Source: an uncultured Verrucomicrobiota bacterium
GTDB taxonomy: Bacteria > Verrucomicrobiota > Verrucomicrobiia > Limisphaerales > MWDV01
Assembly: GCA_964548925.1 (NCBI GenBank)
Contig: CAZJTM010000004.1
Location: 4,715 to 68,714, forward strand
DNA: 64,000 nt
Direction: 5' to 3'
The notes under the pieces were generated by a model. It had not been told where the DNA came from, did not search any database, and saw nothing but the letters and a program-made list of their open reading frames with translations. Numbering within the stretch: position 1 is the first letter of the stretch; every line of letters begins with the position of its first letter. Positions 9,601-21,600 of the stretch are shown in pieces. Made by a program: the position numbers and the translations under genes.

Positions 9601-12600
9601 ACCTCGGCCTCGGGCTTGAAGAAGATGTCGCCCGGCAAATCTTCGAACACCGTGCCGAGATCGGGCAGCGGGTCGCGTGGACCACGCGGGCCGCGGACCG
9701 GTCCGGAAACGACCACCGGGGGCGGACCGCTGGTGGAGCAACTGCGGTTGATCCAAGGATAGTCGGCGTTGCCGTTGAAGCCGTTGGTCAGTGTATTTCC
9801 GAACGCATCCACCGCCGTCAAGGCGCAACTCATGTTGCACAGCGAGCCGAGTTCGCCGCAGCCGTAGGCGCGGAAGCCCGTGTCACTACAGCCAAAGATG
9901 CCAGCCTCGATATTGCCCACGACCCCCACGTTCATCTCGCACCGGCCGCCCCAGGACAACGCGTCATACTCCGAGCTGGCTTGGACATCCACCATGGCCT
10001 TCGTCCCCGCAAACGGCGTGAGCGAGAGCGACCCGCCCACGCAGAGGCGGCGCTTGCCCAAGCATTCCTGCTCAAAGATCAGTGAAACCGTGCCCTTGAC
10101 GACCAGTTCAATGCCAATCATGGCGTCTGCTTCGGCCTTGATCCCGGTAAACCCGGGCGCCTCGAATTCCAGGTCACCCGACACGCTCAAGCCGCCGCGC
10201 AGCGTGACCGTGATGGAGGCGCTGCCCTCGGCCTGACCCCGCAATGAGATATTTCCGTCCTTGCAGCAGGTGCAAATCTCACCACTGATGTTTATCTCCA
10301 CGTCCACGCCCTGCACTTTGATCGTGGGCGGGCAGGCCTTGGCAATGATGTCAGAGATCTTCTCGCCGATCTCCCCAAATTCGAAGGCCACATCCCCGCC
10401 CAGGCAGAATTCCTTGAACCCATCGCAATCGCAAATTGTCGGCGGCACGAAGCTGACCGTGGTCACATACGAACCACTGCTGCTGCCGCCACCACCACCG
10501 CCACCACCACCACCGCCACCGGAGGGCCGACCGCCGTTCCCAGAAGCGTGGAACGCCGCCGCCGCGACGCCGCCGCAGCCCGACGCGGCGCCCACCACCG
10601 CCACCGGCGCGGTGTACTTGTTCGTCTTGCCGCAAACCAGGTCCCACGTCGCTCCACCGCCAAAGCTGCACGCCGCCGAAGGCGTCGGGTCGCGTCCCTG
10701 CGTCAGCCGGCGGATCATCACCGGAATGGTCAACGTGCTATTGGCCGGGAGCGAACCGAGGTCGCTGATCAACGGCTCGATCTTCCAGAGCGGATGCGAA
10801 TCGAAGTAGAGGCGGAAGTTGTTCGCCGCAATCAGCCCGTGGTTCGAAACATGCAGTTCGATCTGGGTCTCGTCCGCTTGGATGTCCGCCAGGTCAATCA
10901 CCGTGGGCGAGACCGTCACCACCGGCATGGGCACGACGGTTTCAAACACCGTTTCGATGACAATCCGAGTTCGGTCCTCGATTTGCGTCGGCACGACCGT
11001 CCAGATGTAGCGCACCGCTTCGCGGGCGAGGAAGGCCTCCACCGCATTGGTGAGTCCCGCCGCCACGAAGGTTGTGCGCCGGTAGCCCTGGTGCTTGTCC
11101 GCCGAAACCGAGATTTCGTAGTAGCCTTCCGCGATTTCGGGCAGGTAGAACTCGCCGTGGGCGTCGGTCAGGCCGTTCGTGATGGGGTTGTGCGTCACGG
11201 GATCGCTGACGGTCACGATGGCATTGGTGACCCGCGGCGCGCCCTCGGCGTAGTAGGTGTATTCATCCACCGCTGTCACGAGCAGGTCGCCCTTCGCGTC
11301 AGAAATCGCCCGGAACGAGAACGGCACGCTGAGGCCGCCGTTGGTCATGTTGAGCGCCAGGCTGCCGGTGTAGGGCGCCAGCGGCAGATTGGACGGCGGC
11401 GAGAGCAGGAGCGAAACGTGATTTGTCTGGCCCGGCTCCAGCGACGGCAGCAGATTCGTGGAAACGACTTGCAGCCACGTCGTCACCGGCACAACCACCT
11501 GGATCGGCCCGCTCGCGCGTCCGCCCACGTTCACCACGTCAAAGCCCACGGTCGTCTGCCGCCCGCGCACCATGCCGGCGACCAATTCGGTGGGATACGT
11601 CACCAGCCGCGGCCGCATTGGCTCGATCGTCACGCCCAGTTCGATCCATAGCACTGCGCCCTCTGCGCTCGTCACTTCGAAGACGATCGAGCCCCACGTG
11701 TAAGTGGCATCCACCGCCGTTATGGCGAAGCCAAGTTGCTTCGTTGCGCGCCCACCGAGAGTCGTGCCATTTGCGAGCGACGTGGTCACCTCCACGTTCG
11801 ACGGTTTGCCGGTGACGGCCACCGCAAGTCCGGTCAACGGCACGTCACTCAGGTTCTCCAGCACGATCGTGCCCGTGACGCTGCTGGCCTCGGCCAGCCG
11901 CACCGAGCCCGGCGAGCTGGCTTTCATACCCAGCAGGCTGAAGGTGTCTTGCGCGGGCACGGACGAAACGCCCGGATGCGTGGCGAAGATTTGATAGCTG
12001 CCCGCCTCGTTCGGCAACGGTTGGAAGGTGGTGCTGAAGTTGCCGTCCGCGTCGGTCAACGCCGCGATGACGCGTTCCGTGCCGCGCACTTGCACATGAA
12101 TGTTCACCAGCTTGTAGGCAACGCCGACGCCGAATTCGTTCGTCGCCCGGCCCTTGAGCGGCACCGGCGTGCCTGCGAGTGCCGTTGTCACGGTCGTCTG
12201 CACATACGCCGAGTACGACGCGGCGGCATGGATGGCGGTCGCGCTGATCATGAGATTGTTGTCCTCGAGCGTTTCCGCCAATGCGCCCTCGGCGTCAGTC
12301 TGCACCACCACCCAGTAATCGCCCGCCGTCTGCGGCAGGCGCACCGGGAGGATTTGCTCGAAGTACTGGCCGGGCGCGAGCGAGCCGGTGAAACGATACT
12401 GCCCCATGAGCGTGTCATCGCCCACTTGGGCGTCGCGCGAGAGATAGAGGCGCGTCACAAAGCTGCCAGTGCTCGGCACAAAGCCCTGGTTGGCCACGCG
12501 GTAGGTCGCGTTCACGTAGGTTTCCGTCTCGCCGGCGGCGGGTACTGAGATGGACGCGACAAACAAGTCCGGCAGGTCGCTGTCCGATACGGTCACGGTC

Positions 12601-15600
12601 GCGGCGCCCGGCGCGTAATCCGGCGCACTCGCCGTGATGACCACGGTCTGGTTGCCGTCGTTGATGCCGTCAGCCACGGACGTCAGCGGTACGGTCGTCG
12701 CAACCTGGTTCAGCGGGATGACCGCCGTGGCGGGCACGGTGGCTTCACTCACGTCGCTGGAACTGAGGTGGACCGTGAGCGCGTTCGTGGCTGGCGTGTT
12801 GCGCGAGAGGGTCACGTTCGCGGCGTTGGCCAGGCCCTCTTTCACGAGCTTCGGGCTGATCGCCACTGTCAGCGCCGGCCCATCGTCGTCGGTCACGTCA
12901 AGCAGCGCGGCGGCGCCGAGCGCGAGCACCTCGCCCGTGATCGAATCCGTGATCCAGGCGCGAATCTCCGTGGTCTGCGTGCCATCGAGCAACGCGTCGT
13001 TCACGGCGGCGATGGCGAAGCTGGCGTTCGTCTGGTAAGCGCCGAACATGACCGAGGCGGGCACGCGCGCCGCGCCGGTGTTCGTGCTTTCGAGTTGCAG
13101 CGTCAGCGGTTGCGCGCTGGCCGGGCTGCGGGTGACGGTGGCCAGGACGGCCTGCGGGCCGGCGTTTTCGCTGACCACATTCGCCGCCAGCATGAGGGTG
13201 ATCCGGGGCGCGTCGTTGTCGTGAATGAGGACGTCGGCCAGCGCGCTGTTGAAGCCGGGCGCGGAGGCCGCGAATTCATAGGTTTGCGACGCCTCCACCA
13301 GACTGTCATCCGTGGCGAACACAAGGAACGACGCGCTCGCCTCGCCCGCCGGGATGGTGACGCTGCTCTGGACGCCCAACTGGCTGGGTGACGAACTCAC
13401 CAGCGACACGAACAGCGGGCTGCCGGTGACGAGATCGCGTGTGACCGTCGCGTTGATGACCTGCCCTTCGCGGACGACGTTCGTGTCCAGGACGAGGCTG
13501 AGGCTCGGCACGTTCGTGTCGAGTACGGTAAACACGGCCTGGCTGGGTTGATAGCCGGTGGCGGACACCCCGATCGTCACGGTCTGCGGCCCGTCCAGCA
13601 AGTCGTCGTTCAACGCTTTGAAGCTGAAGTTCGCCGTGGTCGCTTCCGGTGGAATGATGACGTTGGCAGGGGTGCTGAGTTCCGTGTCGTCGCTGTTGGT
13701 GATCGTGACCGTGAGCGCGCCACTGCCCGCCGCGCCGTTGCGGGTCACCGTGGCCTTGAGGCCGGACGTGCCTTCTGCACCCGAGCTGGTGGCCAGTTGC
13801 AGCGAGAGCACCAGCGGCACGGTCAGCCGGTTGGTGGCCGTGCCGACATTGTTGCCTTCCACGCTCTCAATGACGTCGTTGCGGCTGTCGAGCTGGACGA
13901 GCACGACCAAGTCGCCCGCAGGCCCACTGAAAGGCAACGTGACGGCTTGCGTGCGGCTCACGAACGCCCCCGTGGCCAGGTCGTTGGTGAAGGTGAACAT
14001 GGCCTGTGCCGACCCGCGGGTGACGGTATTGCTCACCATCAACGTCTCGCTCCAAACGCCGGCAGCCGGGGCTGAGCCGAGATTGGTCACCGTCCAACTC
14101 ACGTCAAACGCCTGGTTGGGCAAGACGTTCGTGGGCGCGGTCACGCTGACGACGGCGAGGTCCGGCATCGGCGGCAACACGAGCGAAATGGGAATGCTGC
14201 GGAGGTTGTTGGCCTCGGCGGCCTCCGCTTGGACGTCGGCGTAGTCCGCGAAAGCTACGAGCCAGAACGTGCCGGGCGCGGATTGCGCGGTGAAGGGGAG
14301 CGTGACGCTCGTGGAGCGCGTGTAACCGGCGCTGGATTGGAGCGGACTCGCGTCCGCTGCTACGGTGGCCAGGGGTGTCGTGCCAGAGATCGAGTTGCTG
14401 GTGGCGCTCAGATAAATGCGATCAGACCACGAGGCCGGCGCGGGCGCGGTGCCGACGTTGGTCACGGCCCAATTCACACTGATCGTCTGGCCGAATTGCG
14501 CGGACGCCGGCGCTCCGAGACCGACCAACGCCAAGTCCGGCGTAAGCAGCGTGATCGGCGTGGCGGCGATGAGCGTGTTGTTCGTCTCGGTGTTCTCGAA
14601 GACGTTGTCGTCCGCGTCCGCTGTGACGACCAGCCAGCGGTTGCCGGCGGCGGTGGCGGGCAGGATGATGTTGCCGGTGGGCGAGCACGACATGGTGGCG
14701 GCGAGCAGGTTCGTCGCGGTGAATGTCCCGAGGGTGATCGCGCCGGCGCCGGCGGCGTTGGTGGCCAACTGCACGCGGGACTTCCACGCGGTGGTGACGT
14801 TGCCCGGACCACGGTTGGTCACTATCCAAGTCAAGTTAAGCGGCTGCCCGGCCAGCGCCGTTGCCGGCGCGGCGATGTTCTGCACCGCCAGGTCCGGCAG
14901 GAACACGGTGAGGTTCGCGGTGAACGGCGCGGCCATCGGATTGCCGGCCAGGTCGGTGATCTCCGGCCCGATCGTGATGGTGAAGTCGCCCTGTGGCAAT
15001 GGCCCGGCCAGCGTCACACGGAAGCTCGTTGCGCTGAGGCTGCTCACGCTTTGCACCGCTGGCGCGTTCGGACCGCTGAGCGTCACGTCCGCCGCCGAAA
15101 GGCTGCTGGCGGCGTAAACCGAATCGAAGTTCACCTCGAAGGAGGTCATCGTATTTGAGACGATGCCGGATGGGCTGACGCTGGTGATGCTTGGGCCGGT
15201 CTTATCAATCGTGAAGGTCGCGCGATACTCGCCATCTGCGGTCAACTGGCGGATCAGGACGTTATCCACGTCCTGGTCCGCATAGCCGCCGCCGGTGTAG
15301 GCTCCGAAGCCGAAGTAGAACTGGGGCGGAATCGCTGCTGCCGGAATGCTCTGTGAGACATGCGTCACCGCGCCAGTGGGTGAAATGATGTGGGCGGTCA
15401 ACAAGCCGGCGCCGTCGAATTCCACTTCTGCATGCCACAAGCCCGTGTCAATGAACCGCTGCGGCACCTTGACCTGGATCGCCTTGTTCACGCTGGCGTT
15501 GGTCGCAGTCCAGCCGATGGCGATATGGTCGCCATTGGTATCCCCAGGGTTTTCCACCGGGTGCCCATAGCTGTCCAGAAAGAGGTGAAATGCCGGAGCG

Positions 15601-18600
15601 TTGCTGCCTTCACCATAGAAGAAGGGTGTGCCGGGCACGTGCGGCAGGAAGTTCAACGCGATGCCGTCCGCGCCGGGGCCGTCTTCATCGCCCACGCCGC
15701 CGCCGTTGGACATGCGGAAATCAAAGCTCAGAACAAATGGCCCCGCGGGCAGAGCCTGCGTAAGAACCAGGGATCCTTTCTGCTGAACTGTGGCTGGAGT
15801 CAGCCGCACGAAGCCTCCACTGTTCCAAGCCGCTTGGCCGAGCAGCCTCCAATGCCCCGGTTGGCTGGTGAACGCCTGACTCTCGAAAAGGCTTCCGCCC
15901 ACCATGAGATTGCCCGCCAGGTCGGTGATAAACGGGCCGATCCGCACAGCGTAGTCCCCCTCCAGGGATTGGCTTGGAATCAACACCTCAAAAGCAGTGC
16001 CGTCCCCCGGCGCCACGGGCTGGATGGTGAACGCGGAGGAGTCCAACGCGCCGCGCGGGGTCACAACGCTAACGTCGGCCGTGGTGAGACTGTCCACATT
16101 GATCCGCTCATTGAACTGGACCAATAACCGACCGACGTTGGTATTTACCGCGCCCAAAGGGACGAAGTTCGTCACTGCCGGACCGACCGTGTCCGGCAAC
16201 ACCGTGAGCACGGCCCACTGGCTGGTCACGGCGCCGACGAAGTTGCTGACCGCGACGAAGTAGGTGCCCGAGCGATTAGTGGTGATGAGCGGGAAGCTCA
16301 GGACAGCGTTGGTCGCTCCGGCCAGCGGCGCGTTGGTAAAGAACCACTGGTAGCTTAGCGGCTCGCTGCCAAAGGCGCTGACCGCCAATGTCACGTCCCG
16401 CGTGGCGGTGACGACCTGGTTGGTCGGCTGCACGAGAATCGTCGGCGGGTAGGCCTCGCTCAGGGCCAGGGTGACTGTGGCTTCAACGGGCGTGTTGCCG
16501 TAAGCGTAACCACCGTAGGCGGCGAAATCCACCGTTGCGCCCGCCGTGACGTTGGTGATCAGATCAAAGCTGCCGGCATCGGTGGCGTTCCACCACGGTT
16601 GGTTGTTCAGGCGCACCGCGACCTGCAGTTGCGCTCCATCGCCCGGGAGGAAACGGCCAACCACATGCGCCACGCCCGTGGCGGGCGCCGTCCAGCGAAT
16701 GACGCTGGGTTCGGTGCCACCGCCCGGATGCAGCGACAGCCAGCCGGGAGGCACGCCCCAAGCCGAGCCGCTGCCGATGTTCTTCCAGACAATGGGAGGC
16801 GCGTCGTTTTGATCGCGATTCCAGAATGGGCCGCCGCCGCACGAAGCCGCCCCGGTGTGGGTATAGAGATTGAACGCGCTGAAGTCGGTGGGCATCCAGC
16901 CGTACGACCAAACACCGTTCGGATTCCCATTCGCAATGCCGAAGGCAGAGGTGACATCGAAACTCACCGTCGGACACATCCCCGCGCTGCCGGCAGCGTG
17001 AAGCGAAGCGACCTCGGACGCGGTCAGCGGGCGGTCGAAGAACAGGACTTCGTCAATGAGGCCGTTGAAGAACTCCGCCAGTGCGGTACTGCCGGGCCGG
17101 CGATCCAGCGCGCCAATCGCAAAGCGGATGTTCGTGTCAATGCTGCCCAGGGTCGTGTAGTTGGTCTGCGCGGCAAGCGAGCCGTCCACATATAGCCGGA
17201 AGAGCTTGTTGGTGCGGTCGGCGATGGCGGCGACGTGATGCCAGACACCAACGCCAGGCTCCGCACAGGTGACGGGTATCCAACTTGTGGAATCGCTCAG
17301 CGTGAACGCGAGCTTGCTGCTTTCCAAGCGCACCTGGAAGCCGGCGTTATTCGGCGTGCCTGCGATGGTCATGCCCTTGTTGACCAGCTTCATGTTGCCG
17401 GCAGAAGCGCTGGTCGTGTCGGCCCGATACCAAAGCGAGACGGAGAAACTGTTCGTGCCGAGATTCGGGAAGTTCGTGTAGGTCACAAGATCATTCACGC
17501 CGTCGAAGCTGAAAGCCTGCCCAACGCGGCCCGCAGTAAACGCGGCCCCGCCTTCCAGCGCGCCAACCAACCCTGCCACGGCATCGTCCGCCCGGTTCTC
17601 GGCTTTGAACCAGTGAGTCATGGCATCCGGCGGCGGCGCGCATTGCGGCACGCGCAACCCGAGACTCCCGGCGGCGTAAAGCGCGGCAACCTCGTCGGAA
17701 GACAGCCCCCGATTCCAGATCGCCGCCTCGTCTATCAGGCCGTCGAAATTGCGCTGGGTATCGCCTTCCATCCGCCCGATAAACAAGTCGTGGGTGGTCA
17801 CGGGCATCGGTCCCGTCACGGTTCGGGAATCCACGAGGAGGCCATTGAGGTAAACGCAGGCTGTCCGCCCGTTGTAAGTCCCCACGATATGGGACCAGTG
17901 GTTTAGCGGCAGCGGCGTTGTTCCAGTGGACCATCCGCCAGGGATTCCGCTATTGAAATGCGGGACCCCCGCCGTGGTTCCATCGCCCAGTTGGAGAAGG
18001 TACTGATCTGTCGCACCCGCCTCCTTGCGCAGGATGGCACAGCCCACGGTGGGATAGCTGAACGGTTTGACCCACGCGGCCAGCGTGATGTTGGTGGGAT
18101 TGAGCGCCGGGCGGTTGGTGACGCGCAAATGCATGGTGGCGGCGGCGTTCAACGTGAACGCTTGTCCAACGAAGCCGTTGGTGAACGACAGGCCATTCTG
18201 GGGTACCGCGTGGTGACCGCCCGCCGTGTCCCGACCGTCGTTCTCAGCTCGCCACCAAGCCACGAGACCGTCGGGCGGTGTCAGGTACTCCGGAGGGCGT
18301 TTCCCCGCGCTGCCAGAGGCGTAAATGGCCGCCAGTTCCTCTCCGCGCAACGCGCGACCGTAGAGCGCCGGTTCATCAATCCAGCCGCGCCAGCCGTAGC
18401 CGCCGCTTTGGATGGCCGCACCATCCGGCTCGTTTCCGATGCAGGTTCGCACCCCGGCATTCGCACTGGTCTTGACCGTGCCGGACGCCGCCTGACTGCC
18501 CAGCAACTGGCCGTTGAGATATCCGCGCACCTGCGATCCATCGTAGGTGAACGCCACGTGCGACCATTGGTTCAGGGGCACCGGCCGCTGCGTAAAGACG

Positions 18601-21600
18601 GGTTTCAGATCGCCTCCCGTCAGACGCAAATCCGGCTGGAGGTAGCCATCCTTCACGCGGAGCGCCAAGCCGTGATCATCGGTCGTGGAGAAGATGGTCA
18701 ACCCGTAGTCATTCCCGGAGTTGTGCCCATTTTGCGTGGGATAGACCCAAGCCTCAAAGGTCACCGAAGCGAATGCCTGATTCAAAGCGTTCGGAGCCAG
18801 CATGACGGCATCCGTGCCGCCGTTGAACCGGAAGCACTGCCCCGCCATCCCGTTGGTGAATCCGGCGCTGCCGTTAAGGCTGCCATGATTCGCGCCAACC
18901 GAATCTTCACTGTTGCCTTCCGCTCGCCACCAAGCCAACTGTCCCCCCGGTGGCAGCACGGAAACCGGCGGTTGCTTGCCCAGCGCACCCGCTTGGAGGA
19001 TCGCGCGGATTTCGCCGGCGGAGAGGGCGCGTTGATAGATGCTCACTTCGTCAATCGTGCCGCGGAAGAACCGCTTCGGCGTACCGCCGCCCCAGGTAAA
19101 ACCGATGTTCACCGGCAACGTGTTGTTCACCGCCGGCCCGGCGAAGTTGGTGCTGCCCTGCCACTGGCCATCAACGTACAGCGTGATGTTGGCCCCGTCG
19201 TAGGTGCCCGCGATGTGATGAAACTGGCTATCGAGAACATCCACCGGCGAGCGCACGCCAGGAAAGCTCGTCCCGCCCGCAGCGACACCCCAACCAACGC
19301 GCCCATCGGTAAGCACTTGGACCGCCCAGCCAGCGTACGGCGTTACCCAACCGTGCGATTTCTCGATGAGACAAAGCTCATTGTTGGCCTGCCCCGGCTG
19401 GGTCTTGTCGCCCCGCATCCAGAATTCCACGGTGAAGCCGTTCGAGGCGATGTTCAGCGCCTCGGCATGCGGAACGATGACGCAGTCATTCGTCCCATCG
19501 AGCGCGAAGCCGTTACCCGCCACGCCGCTGGTGAAGCTGATACCGTTCTGCAGCGCGCCGTGGTGATTCCCCAAGGTGTCGCGGGCGTCGCCTTCCGCGC
19601 GCCACCAAGCCACTTGGCCGGTCGGCGGTGGCAACGGTGCGTCCGCATGGCAGATGCCTTCGCTGCCGGCGGTGTAAAGGGCGGCGATTTCCTGCGCCGA
19701 CAGCGCGCGTTGGAAGAAGGCGATCTCGTCCATGTCCGCGCTGCTGTAATAGCCGCACTCCGCGTGCTTGCCCATGACGGGCGACGTCGCCGTAGCCGGA
19801 ATGGTCTGTTGTCCGTTGGCTGAACCGGCGAACTGGCCATCAATGTAGAAGCGCACGTTGTCGCTGGCCGCATTTCCGTCGAAGGTGACCGCCACGTGAT
19901 GAAACTGGCCGTCGTTTGGCACGGGTGTCGAAGTCACCGGACTGTCTCCCAACACGCCGCCGCTCATCCCGAAGTAAAGCGGCCCCGTCATCCCTCGATG
20001 GCCTTTCATCACTCCGAAGTGGTAGGAGAACGTACCGCAGCCATCGCGTTTGGAGAGAATCGTATCCGCCTTGTCGCCGGTGACGGTGAAGTCGGGTTTG
20101 ACCCAGGCGGCAATGGTCAACTGGTTGTTGGCGGGCAGCCAGGCGGGTGAATTGGGCAGGGTCACGTAGCTGTCCGGCGAATCCACGAAGCGGAACGCAC
20201 GCCCCACCCGCCCGTCCACAAAAGCCACGTTGCCGCCCGTCGTGCCGTTCAAGCCGGAGGCGCGATCGTTCGCGTTGCCTTCTCCGGGCAACCAGGCGAC
20301 CAAATCACAGGGCGGCGCGACACACGCCGGCTTCTGCCGCCCGCTGCCGCCAGCGGCGACGATGGCGGCGACTTCCGAGGCCGACAACGCGCGTGGATAC
20401 AGGGCCACTTCGTCCAGCAGGCCGCGATAGAACCGCTGCGGGGTATCGTTCCCCCAGACCCGGCCGAAGAAAAGATGCCGGCTGTTGTTCGCGGGCATGG
20501 TCAACGCGGCTGTTTCCTGAAGCGTCCCATCCACGTAGAGCAGCAGGTTTGTTCGATCCCAAATCCCGGCGATGTGGTGGAACTGGTTGTCCAAAACATC
20601 GCCCAGCGTGGAAACGGAGGCAAAGTCCCCCGCGCCCGCACCTCCCCGGCCGATGATGAAGGTGAGTTTCCCATCGGCGCGGAATCCGTGAAACGCCCAG
20701 CCCGTCGAGTCCACAAATCCGTGCGACTTGTCCAACAGGGCGCTGTGCGTGCCCGGCTGGTTCTTGTCCGCCTTCATCCAGAACTCGCACGTGAAGCCGT
20801 TCGAGGACACGTTGAGTGTCTCGTGGTGCGGGATCAGCACGTGGTCGTCGTCGCTGTCGAACACAAATGCCTGATCCACCAGGCCGTTCGTGAAGCCCGT
20901 TCCACCCACCAGCCAGCCGTCGTTCCATCCGACCACGTCGTCCGCGTTGCCGTCGCCCGGCCACCACGCGGCCAGACCGGCCGGTGGCAGGATGCCTGGC
21001 CGCGCCACGCCCGCGGAGTCAGCCGCGTAAACCGCTGCAACTTCGTCCGCAGAGAGGGACCGGTTGAAGAACATGATTTCGTCGAGCAAGCCGTGGAAGT
21101 ATGCGGTCACGTGCCCCGAGGTGGGAAACGCGGTGAGTTTGCCCACCCGCAACGGCCACGGATTGCCGAGCGCCTTGCCGGCGTAGCTGGCCTCGTTGCG
21201 CAACGCGCCGTTCAGGTATTGGCGCAGCTTGACGCCATCGTACGTGGTCACGACGTGATACCAGACGCCGGGCTGAAGGGCTTGGACCACTCGCCCGTCC
21301 AACGTCGTCTCGTCGGTCCACGTTCCCTGCATGCCCAGGCTGTGGAAGCTGGAGCTGTTGCCGGTGTAGTAAAACCAGCCCTTGTATTCGGATCGCACCG
21401 TGCTTCCGTTCTCCTGGCAGAACGGCCCCATGTAGCGATCGTGCGTGAAAGCATCGGCCTTCATCCAAAACGCGAAGGAGAACGCGCCGTTTGATTTCAC
21501 CACGTTGGGCATCTCCACGAAGTCATCCACACCATCCAGCCGGAACGCCTTGCCCACCTTGCCCGGCGCGAAGCTCGCCCCGTTCCGTAGCTGCCCGTGG

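Noticed and set aside
6570-10085. 1171-aa plus-strand ORF, along with many other long ORFs overlapping 6603-23096 in other frames or on the other strand.
   Set aside because: The composition is Arg/Gly/Ala/His-rich and low in complexity, with no motifs. All of them lie entirely inside the motif-rich giant minus-strand frame. They are typical shadow ORFs of a GC-rich gene.
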